A DNA stretch of 63,128 nucleotides, filler included, from Bipalium vagum (Eukaryota): assembly GCA_037834085.1 (NCBI GenBank). It is 3 parts of 3 records of this genome, joined end to end, with 100 filler letters (N's around TTAATTAATTAA, not from the genome) between each part and the next. Parts side by side here need not be neighbours in the genome. Positions count along the whole stretch, not along the records: positions 22,475 to 45,634 come from JBBMKC010212703.1; positions 45,735 to 63,128 come from JBBMKC010068251.1; 1 more part is not named here. One strand, given 5' to 3'. A program made the position numbers and the translations under genes. The notes beneath the pieces were generated by a model. It saw only the letters and a program-made list of their open reading frames with translations. It had not been told where the DNA came from and did not search any database. Of the stretch, positions 40,700 to 52,100 are shown one piece after another (position 1 is the first letter of the stretch; every line of letters starts with the position of its first letter).

Positions 40700-43600
40700 G
40701 TAAGTTTCTGTATTTTAGGATGTTCCGTTTTTTGGTTTCTTACATGAAACGGTTTTACTTTTCTATTTTGTTAATTTTTTTATAATCGATTTCTTTAATT
40801 TTCAAACTTCAATTTAATTGGTTAAAATGGAAATACGTATTGAATAAGGTTCTGATTATTGATTTTCTTTTTTAACCACTTGGGACCACACAGTGCTAGA
40901 ATTTATTATTTTTTAAGGATTTTTATTGATTAAAGCTATTATTTTCATTTTCAATTAAATGACCAGAAATATTTTTCTTTACTATTATTAAAGATAATTG
41001 ACTGTTGCTTCTACTATGTTAATGTCTTTGGTGAGTTTTCACTTTAAAATTGATCGATTTATTTCACATTTTATTTTTTATATCGATTTTCTTCTGCGTT
41101 GTCACATTATTCCAGAGTTCTCTTTAGCAAAGTATTTTTACTTGTCCGATCGATATTAGTTTCAAATCGTGCACAGGTTTTGGTATTATGACGCGGAGAT
41201 TTTTTTTTCGGTATCAATACAAAATGTTCTTGATTACAAATTCGCTATTAAATTCAAATAAATATGCCGTCATAACATAAACTGACAGAAGGTTGAAAGC
41301 AAATGTGTAAAATCAATTTGATGTGAATTTGAAAATTTTTTATATATTCCTTGATAAATAGAAAATGGTTTATTGATCTGGTGTTTGAAAAAATAATGTT
41401 TTTTTCGATCAACATTTTCAGACTTTGTTTTTGAAAAAAATATTTCTGAACATTGTGCTTTTAAGGTTTATTTGTTTTTCATTGATTTGTGTCATTTGAA
41501 GAATTTGATTTATTAATATTGATTTAACGTTTTTTGTTAAATGTGTCATTTACTGTCTGTGATAAACTAACATTGGCGATTATTCAATCGAAATATTAAT
41601 TCTGGTTGGAATGTGAAAACTCCGAAATAGATTTACCATGATTTCACTTCTCTGTTAATGATATTTTTCCATACCGAAATTTATTTATGTTTCGATATTT
41701 TACAATCTTTGTCAATTTCATAGTGCATTTTAATATTGGTCTGGATTTTTTTGACAACTTTCAAAAAATTAGCACCTGGGATAGTCTAAAAATAAGTTGA
41801 AATGTTTTTCAAAAGAAAAAATCTGAAAACTATTTCATGATATTTACGTATAAGCTCTCTCTTTGTTTGATCCTCTTTGAAAATGACCTTAATGTGGGCC
41901 GATTATTGTGTTGCATTCAGTTGCAAAATTCATTTAAACATAATTAAAAACTCGGTTTTTTCAATACAATTGGAGTTGAGATGACTTCTTCCTTCCACAG
42001 AGGTCAGTGATATTTTAAATTTAATTCTTTAATATAAATTTTTTATATTATCGATTTATTATAATTTTATAATTATGTGAAAAAATTTGATATACAAAAT
42101 ACAATTCCAGTTTTCTAAAATAATAATTATTAATGTAAAATTTTGGTAATTTGGGGTAGAGGAAAGGGTGTGGCAGAAGTTACATCTTATTTTCAAATTT
42201 ATTCACCATTTGCGATATTATTTAAAATCATTTAAAAAGGCTCAACAATTGTGCTATATTTTTCGGATCTTATGTAATTAATTTATGCACAAATGTGTTC
42301 CCATGCATCTAAAATCTAACTGGGTGTTACATCGAATTTCTTTCCACATGTATCGATTATTTGTATTATTTCAAATATTTACTGAATCTCTTTTTAAGAA
42401 CGGTTTGGAAATTATTGATTATGTAAATAATAAGTGGTGGGAAAGTGTAATTTCTCTCTACAGTAAAAATTTTTTTTAAATGATTAAATTGTATATATTG
42501 ATTTTTTGTATGATGGATTTTAAAATTATTTTTGGAAAAATAATTTTTTCTGCACCTGGATACCGTTAGGATGAAATTACATCACCATATACTGAATTAT
42601 TTTGAGTGTGATGGTGAAAACATTGGAAAGAAATTAACTGAAATATTTTACATTATTTCTCTCTGAATTTGAACTGCTACTTTTTATTTAGAATAATAAT
42701 AATTCAGAATAATTTTTCGAATATGAATGTTTTTTGAAATCGATAATTTGATTTTTTTAATCTGGGAAAATCTGATAATATTTAATTAAGGTTAATACAC
42801 ACAATTTGTTGAAATTCAAATGTTCATTCATGAATGTATTTTGTTGACACGATAGAATAAATTTAGAAAGATAATTTAAAATAGCACTTATCGAGCTCAT
42901 TAGTAATGACTAATTAATAATAAATAAATAAAAATAATAATTTTATAAATATCATTAATGATAAGTTTAATTAGATAATGGTAAATGATATTGTGTAGAG
43001 TTTATTAATGTTTAGAATGAGTTTTACAAAATATTGATACAGTTAAAATTCAATAAATATAAACATTATTGTTAATAACATAATTTCTAATCAATACAAT
43101 CACAAAATCGAGGTTTACACAAATTAGTTATACCGTAAATGTTGGCTTATATTTATGGATGTCTGGAGTCTGTGCACAAATTTGTGTAGTGATTAATGCT
43201 GTCACCCTCTAAAAATATCTATGAATATTTCCCGATGATAAATTTGCTCTTGAATTTTTTCATACCTTTTTATTGATTAGTTTTTTATTTGGTGATATTG
43301 GTCTTCTACTCAAAATTTCTCTATTGAATTCTTTAATGTTATTGGTTTTCCAATGAAAATTAAATTCATTTAGAAATCTGTTATGATGTACTTTGAATAA
43401 TTTAATTTTTTTTAATAAAATGAAATGCTAAACTTATTATGATCGAAAAAATTTCCACCCTGTGTAAATAGTGAACTGTTTGGTAAATGTAACATAACTT
43501 GAAATTAATTATTCTGCATTTTGTGAAGTGCAGAATTAGGAATACTTTTGATTTTTTAAATCTTTATCCATAATGATTTTTCATAAATGAGAGATATAAG

Positions 43601-45563
43601 GTTTTAATTTGACGTTGGTCCTAAATATATTTTTTTGTTATTTCATTTATTTTGCTTTTCGATTTTAGCTTAAATTTATTTAAATTAAAATGATAAAAAT
43701 TCTCTGCTCTTTTTTATTTCAACCGTGTTATAAAAATTAAATATCCACTTACAGTTAATTATCTTAATTTATATCAAAACTTGGGTTCATTTTCAAGTGG
43801 TTTTTGATTTCTAAAATTTAAACCATAAACAAATAATAAAACCCGGAATTAATCTAAAACTGCAAAATTTTCATTTTTAATACATTTGTTTCTCGTTAGA
43901 CCGTTTCTTGAGAAAAGTCAATTTCTCCAAATGTTGTTTTTCTGCTTTTCAAACGGATAGATTATTAAATGAATTTTTGTTTAATGTTTAATAAAAATCT
44001 TCATATTAAAATTGAGTTTTTCATTTGTATTTACCTTATCTTTCGATTTTATCTGTCATATAATTACAATACAAACAAATTTCAAATCAATTTGTGTAGA
44101 CCCATCTAGCAGCCCAATTTTATATAAAAACCATATAAACTTGAAATATTGATTTAAAATTTATTAAAATAATTCCTATGGCTATTATATATGACGATTT
44201 TCTAACATTAATTCATTAAAATCCATAAAACTGTTCTACAAGAAATTAAATTAAAAATGAAAATCAATGAAATTTCGAATAAACGAGTGGAATATTTATA
44301 ATATTTTTAATAAATCTCGTATCATTTTCACACGCGAAGAAACTATATTTAATAAAATTAAGGCCCTTGATATTTAAGAACGATGTAGAAGTTTAAATAA
44401 CCAACTTAATCTCTTTCCATATCATTCTTTTGTAACTTTTCATCATTAAATTTTCAAGATTAAATATTAAATACACAAAGGTTTTATTGATTTTGTCAAA
44501 ATATTGAAGTTAGAATTCATTATTTGCTTTCCCTCCCACATCTGTCAATCAATAATCAACGAAATTTATCCACAAACAAGCTTTGATAATTGTTTAACAG
44601 AAGTCTAACTTTTTGTTAAATCTTTGTTTACGCTTTTGTTCAGACATTGGCATTAATTATACATTAATTATTGTATTAGGATTTATTACCTTTATTAAGC
44701 AACCATTTATAGCTGTTTTGGCGAGATAAGTATTCATGTAACTTTTGCAGGTAAATTAAAACAAGATTGATACCGATGTTTTTTTCTTGATCTTATGTAA
44801 GATATCTATTTTCAGTTTAATAAAATTAATAACAAACTGTGATATTGATTATTGGTATTTCTTTTACAATAAGTAGAGTAATCTGAGGTGATTGGTCGAG
44901 ATTTGTACATTAGACTGTTCTCCTTTTTGGTGATTATTGATAATATACTCAGACTGACTCGATAACAATTAACTGTTTCAATTTCTGTCGAAATGTTCCT
45001 AAACCCTTTCTGAGTCTCATCTATTGCTATTTCTTGCTGACTGAATGTGTGAGCTGGTGATTGCAATAAGATTTAAAATGATTCAGAAATAATAGTTTGT
45101 AAAATTAATGATTTAAATTTTATTTATGGTTTTGTAATTATTAAGTGAAACAAAGGCTTTTATTCTGAAAATTGAAAACAGTGACGCCAATAAATCGTTA
45201 ATTTTTATTGTTACTCGCGAACAAATTTTGAAATTTGTCTCTGAATATATAAATGTTATTTTTTAATTCTGTTGAAATAACTTGTGTCAAAAATCTTTTT
45301 TTTTTTTATAAAACTCACGTTTTTATTGACATTTCTATGAATTAGTATTCATCCATTATCTAATCAAGTATTATCTGTATTGGAAGTAAATTTGTCATGA
45401 CCCATTGAGAAATTTAATTTTGTTGTTGTAAAATTCACCTTTTCACTCATTTTACTTTTAATCGATTTTTATTATTTTTAAATGAATGATTAAAAACCTT
45501 GTTTTTTTAACTGTTCAGAAAAAATTATTGTGAAATTAATTGTTTGTAAGGCTTAAAATTGAC

Positions 45564-45567
<4 letters not shown>

Positions 45568-45634
<67 letters not shown>

Positions 45635-45734
45635 NNNNNNNNNNNNNNNNNNNNNNNNNNNNNNNNNNNNNNNNNNNNTTAATTAATTAANNNNNNNNNN
45701 NNNNNNNNNNNNNNNNNNNNNNNNNNNNNNNNNN

Positions 45735-45802
<68 letters not shown>
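45568..45802. repeat. (ATT)n microsatellite interrupted by a 100-nt gap linker (45635-45734)
   Basis: ATT repeats on both sides of 44N-TTAATTAATTAA-44N. Confidence 0.95.
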
Positions 45803-46162
45803 GTTTTTAAAATTTAAAAAAATATATAATTAAATAATCGAAGTTAGTTCTTAAGATTATTTGTTAAATTATACAAAGATTTGTGAATTTTTTTAAAGAT
45901 AATGTTGATGAATAAGTCCCATTAGAATATTTCTTGAAATTAGAGTTGTAAATTCGCAGTCTGTTATTCATACATTTTTTATGTTATTATTAAAGATATT
46001 TGTACTTTTAAAAAATTAATAATTTTTTTTAAGTAGTAAAGATTACCGGGTTTGAATCCCATTATCTCGATTAATTTTCAACTAACAATGCTCATTGCCA
46101 CTTATCTCATTTAAGTGATCATACATAAAAATCATTTCTATTCAATTTTTATTTTATTTCAG

Positions 46163-49100
46163 ACTTGGTTGGATCTGCGCAAAGCTATCAAGAAACAGAC
46201 AGATTATAAGAACGAATGTTCCTATGAGTTTTGTATTAAATTCTACACTCCAGATCCGAATTTGCTCCATGATCATTTGACAAAGTATACATTCTTTGAA
46301 GAATCTCTCGTTTCATTTTAATTTCTTTTATAAAGAAAATTATTTGTACTTCAAATAAAAAAAGACATTACGAATGGAGAGTTAATTTGTTCAGAAAGTA
46401 CAAAGATACTGCTAGGAGGCCTTTACCTACAAAGTAAGTATCATTAGAAGTATTTATTACCTGTAGTTCAGACATATTGTGTTTTGCTATTGTTATTGTT
46501 TGCTATAAAATAGATGAATTAAATAAAAATATAATATAATTCTCAAATCAAAAATATTACTAAGTATTAAAAGTATTATTAAGTATTAAAATTTATTTCA
46601 ATCCGAAATATATGACTTTGAGTTTGGTCTTAACTCTTCACTTTGTTGATAATGTATTCGTTAAATCAAAATAACCACGAAAACTTTACTGTTAAATCGC
46701 GCTATTGAATCAAAATATTCTAAATAAAACTTTTTCGTCTATTCTGAAAAATGAATCAAAATAATTACAGAAAACTTTATTGCAATAAAATAATCACAAT
46801 AAACTGGAAATCGATCAGTTATAAATCAATAATCATAATAAATGTCTTAAGTAAAATCAAGGGAAATTATAGTAAAATAATTAAATGTTATTAAATGTTA
46901 ATTAATTATAAAAGAAATTTTAGACAATAAACAAACTACTGAAACTGTAAATCAAGCGAAAAAGAAACACTCATCCTTAACGATAATGACTCGCCGGGAT
47001 CGTTCACTAGGCCTTTTACGGTCGCCTGAAGAGTCCTAAACTCAATATTACTCAATTTTGAAATTCTCTTGCTGCAGTCCCATTATCAAATTAAAGAATA
47101 ATTACAAATATTGGTCTTCCAATTAGCAAACAATTTTGGATTCTTCCGACGAGTACCATCTATCTTCTGACAAGAAACCTTCCAATTTTCTGATAACTAA
47201 ACTTGAATTTTCTTGCTACAAATAAGCTACATTTTCTTTTTCATTCCTTTCTTATTTTTGGATAACTGTCCTTAGAGGATGCCGGATTTAAAGATCTAAA
47301 TAGCCGATTTTTCAGATATTTGCAAATCTCTACTCTTTTAACGTTTATTCATGACTTATGGTACTAAATTTAATCCTCTGATCCGAACGCCAAGATTTGA
47401 TAAAAAAAATTTAGTAACTTTTTATTATTATTAATTTTTGTATGCCTCCTTTGGATTCTTCTTCTTTTGATATTAATTTTAAATTTTAAATTCTTTTTTA
47501 TTAAATCTTCTTTTATGATCTCTCGGATCATGCTTTTGGCCAACTAGACATATGCAATTACTAATTTCAATAAACTCGTTCAGTTTCGTAAGACAAAGAA
47601 CCGCTTCATACAGGTACAACCTGCTTTAAGTTATATATTTTTCATAGTTATCAATGATCCTCTGCCATATTTGCACTAATTTTGCTACTTCAAATTCATA
47701 GAACTCGTTTTACTATTTCAAGGAGTAACAGTTAGTATACATATAGACAGCACTTGTCGTGTCACTTTGTTATTTTGTAATTCAATTTTTTCTGATAAAA
47801 ATAATAAATCAATATTTTATTCGACAATATTTTATATATTAAGTATATTTCCAATATTAATTTTCTATCAATGTGATGATCAGATCGTTAAAAAGAGAAT
47901 TTTCCTACGGTCTCAGACTTAATGATTTTGATCAAAAAAATTGAATTATGGTTGAATTATTACTTGGAAAGTAATTAAAGGAAACTTAATTTTTATTTGT
48001 TTCATTTTAAGAGCATTAATTAACTGACATTGAAAATATTAATTATGCAAATATATTTCTTTTCACGATTTCATTTATCAGTTATTTTTCTATCGAGAAC
48101 AAAAAAATCTTTTCAAAAATTCTTTCATATATATATAAAATAGAGTACAAAAGCCCACTGTATATGTCAACTTTTTAAATGTATATTTCTTGTGATTTGA
48201 AATAATTTTTCTCAAATATTGTTAGCCATAAGAATAATGGAGTGGAGAATACAAATGAACAATGATCCCAAACATAAAAGTCGGGTTGTCCAAGAATTCT
48301 TGTCTATTGAGGCACCCAAATTAATGGACTGGCCTTCTTATTGTCCATGTGAGATAAATTGAAAGTTAGTCGGGGGACGTAGCTCAGCGGTAGAGCAGTC
48401 CATGCGCATGTGAAAAATTTAAAAAAAAACTGAATTATGTGATAAACTTTATGTTTTATTTTTTCTTTTGTAAAAATGCCATACTAGGCTCACAGAAATG
48501 TGCTATTGATTTATTTTCAATTATTTGTAAAGACTTGTTGTAAAAATACAATTTTGTTCGTTCGAATCCCGGTGTCTCCAATTTATTTGAACCTAACAGT
48601 CCACATGTTACTCCCATAGAAAATCTATGGTCAATAGTCAAACTTTGTGTAAGAAAACCAAAACATCTTCATGGATTAATAGAATTCTCATATAAAGAAT
48701 GGAATAACATTGATATGGACATCTTAAATAATTTAGTAAACCCGAACGGGGCAACATGCTTAGCAATTATTGATTGCAAAGAAGAAAAAATCAATTATTA
48801 AAAATAATGCCTTTTTACCTTTGACTGTACATATCTTGTACATATTTAGTTTATTTATTTATTTTTAATTCGTCAAAATTTACGGTATATTTAAAAATTA
48901 TTTTTTTATTTATTGAATGTTTTTAACATTATATTTTAAATAAAACAGCAAACAAAAATAGTTATCGTCCTGTCTTACTGTATTTACCGTCTTCGTTAGT
49001 ATGGTAATTCTTAACGCCATAATAAAGTTTAGGTGAACATTCAAACCGGTATTGAAAGAAAAAGAACCATTACAAAGATTAATATTTAATTTTTTTTTAT

Positions 49101-52100
49101 TTTTAAATAAAATCTTTTTCACATTATAAAAAGCGTTCCGATCTAACATCGATCTTCGTCATCGTATATAAAATTTGTTACTACCTGTCAAAACTGTCAG
49201 TGACATTGTTCAAATGGTTTTGATTGGATGAATAATTGTTTTCCGAATTCCGAAACATTGGAAAGACTACAAAGAAGGCTAGAGAAAGAAGAAGAGAAAA
49301 AACCATAGCAAATAAAATAATAGAAGATGTAACTGAAATGTTAATGAATTATTAAGAAGGTCAATGATATCATTGTTAAGATAAATTGGAGATTCTCATC
49401 TAACTATTCAGAGAGAAATGAAATAAAGATTAAAAATTTTTTTATGGTTTGTGAAGACAATGTTTTGGTGGATTTTAAAGATTTTAATACAAAAATCAAA
49501 AATACTTTATATCAATTAAACAGCGAAAAATCTTCTGGAAAGAGAAAATATTGAAAGTTATCGTTTTCGCTGTTAGATATAATGAGTTATTGTCAAAATA
49601 TATTATCAGTACTCTCAAAATGCTCAGTAGTTGTTAATTCGAGTATAACACGGGAAATTTAGGTGGCTTTTTTCCTTCAGAAAAAACTAACTGAAAATGT
49701 TTCAGAGCTGTGAAAGAAATATTGTTATCCTGGAAGTCCTGAATGTCTAAAGTTTAGACGTAATACAAACTCATCTTCTGAACTTCCAAAGTTTCATCAT
49801 TTATCTTTCATATCATCTCATAACGTTTTTGATTGGTCGGTTTTCAGAACAAATAAACCATGTTGCACGCGATTCAATTTAAATGAATTTCTTTATATAA
49901 AAATATAATAAATGTAAATAATTTATCAAAAGATATATCTTAGCTAAATCAGAACATTATAATAGGCTTACTTGTAATCGAATTAACTTATGTATTTAAG
50001 CAACATTTTTGAGACCCGTTATATATGAAAATTCATAGTTAGAGGTAACGTTACTAAAGAAACCTTAAAATAAATATTATCCTATTATCTGAAAAATATT
50101 TATATTTTGAATATTTTTTTCTTATAGTTTTAGTTTTAATAAAAACCCTGAAAGTTTTTGAATTATGAAATTATTTTTCCGTCGAATTTAAAAAAATTTT
50201 TTTTCTCTGAAATAAAATAATATCTAAATATGTAAATATAATATATAAATGATAATAATATATAAATAATAAAAATAAATAAAATGATTGCAATAACATA
50301 TTTATAATAGAGAAATTTTGATAAATTTGAATTTTTTAATATCGATTAAATTTTCCGATCTATTTTTAGTGAGATTAAAAAATAAATAAACAAAATATTT
50401 TTTCAATCAACAAAGAAACCACTTCTTAAAAAATTCAAAACAATCAATTTTCCTTTCTTTATCATCAAACTCTTGAGATTTCATAATAATGTGATTTTTC
50501 ATATATAATTTGCCTTGAATAGTTAAGCTCAATAAATTTCCTATTTATTTTTTCAAAGGCAAACCTACTTTTCTAAAAATAGGTTTTAAAATCCAGAAAA
50601 TGCTTTCAGATAGAGAAAATTTTTTTAAAAATTATATAGCAAAAAATTCAATAAATTTTGAAAAATGAAAAGATATTTCTGTAATTTTCAGATTTTGAGT
50701 CTTGGTTAAATAATTTTAATAATAATATAATGCTAATAAAATATTACTAAAATTAATATAAATAATAAATAATAATAATAATGAAAATAATAATAAAAAA
50801 ATAATTTCAATAATAATATAATACTAATAAAATAATACCAATATTGATATTAATATAATTATAATAATAATAATAATAAAAACATTTTCAAAATATTTTA
50901 AATTTATGTTACAGACCTGACTGACAATGTTTCAATGATGTTTTTATACAAAATCAATAACATTAAATAAGGGATGTTTTTATCCGTTACCTTGAGGAAT
51001 AAGTGTCTCAATGCATCATGGAAAACTATTCTCTAATTTGGATTTCTTGCCTGCATGTTTCGATATGCATATATACTGATTTGCTACTTAAAAGGAAGCT
51101 TTAATTAGCTGTCGAAAGTAAAAACGAGAATTTTTCGAAAAAAAAGAAAGAGCTCGATTTTACATCTAATCCTTTATGTTATCTCTGGAATTACTGCCCT
51201 GAAGAAATGCATTTTTGATCACCATAACGAAATAATCCTCATAGTTAAGATAAGGATCAAAATGATTCCAATATTAAGAGGGAATCGCAAACCATAGATC
51301 AGTGTTTAGAATAATCTCGACTCGTAATCTTAGGGTAATTAATTTTTACATTTTTTTCAATAATTTCCGTAATTTTTTTATTTTTAATTATATGTAAGAC
51401 ATTTAACGTAGAATAAAAGAAATATTAATTTTATGGGGATTGATATCTTTATGATATTTTGAGATTAAATTAATATCATTATGTGATCTGAAGCGTTTCA
51501 TTGATTATTAAAGCAAGGAGAACCTTTGAGAAATTTAAGGTATTTTCCTTAATGTTTTGAAATGAGGCTATAAGCTCAAAATTTCTCTTATCTTGTATCT
51601 TATAATCATTTATTATTACTATTATTTCTTTTTTTTTTAAATTAATTTTAATATTAATTTTATTTGTTTTATTATTTTTCATGTATTTGTTTATTTCAAA
51701 ATTACATATTGACTATGAAAATTAATCATGCTCTGATTTGTAAATCAAGGTTTCCTTTTTTAATTAAATTAAATTATTAATGTTTGAATTAACAAATGTA
51801 TAAAAACTGTTTCAAAATAACATGTGATGCCAGAATGAGATCAGGTAGTATGATCCTATTGGAGATAATTATGATTTTTTGTAATGTTTTATTCTATAGG
51901 TGAAATTGAATTTGATATTGATTTTTTTATAATTTTTTTTATTTAATATTATTTAATTTATTTTAATACTTTTTCAATTGAAATGGGTTATTTATGGATT
52001 ATTTTTTTGTATTTATTTATTTTTATTTATTTATTTATTTTTTTTTTATTTATTATTTTTTTTTTGTATATTATTTAATTAAAAATATCATTTAATAAAA

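Larger units (their letters stand above)
48230..48827 (+). mobile_element. Tc1-family transposase 3' fragment with right TIR, interrupted by an insertion
   Basis: WRIQMNNDPKHKSRVVQEFL..APKLMDWPSYCP|insertion|PIENLWSIVK...EWNNIDMDILNNLV...IIDCKEEKINY*, ending ...TTTGACTG-TA. Confidence 0.88.

Noticed and set aside
41420-41465. Candidate next macoilin exon (DFVFEKNISEHCAFK)
   Set aside because: Phase-compatible but short, with a weak donor and no similarity I can verify.
44812-45066. 84-aa minus-strand ORF in a GC-richer patch
   Set aside because: No recognisable motif or convincing splice partners.
46040-46065. B-box-like CCGGGTTTGAATCCC
   Set aside because: No A box or acceptor stem was found nearby. 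At most a SINE or tRNA scrap.
48373-48580. Functional intron-containing tRNA-Ala gene
   Set aside because: The interruption is not at position 37/38, the anticodon stem is mispaired and the 5' T-stem strand is missing. Treated as tRNA-derived sequence in a mobile element.
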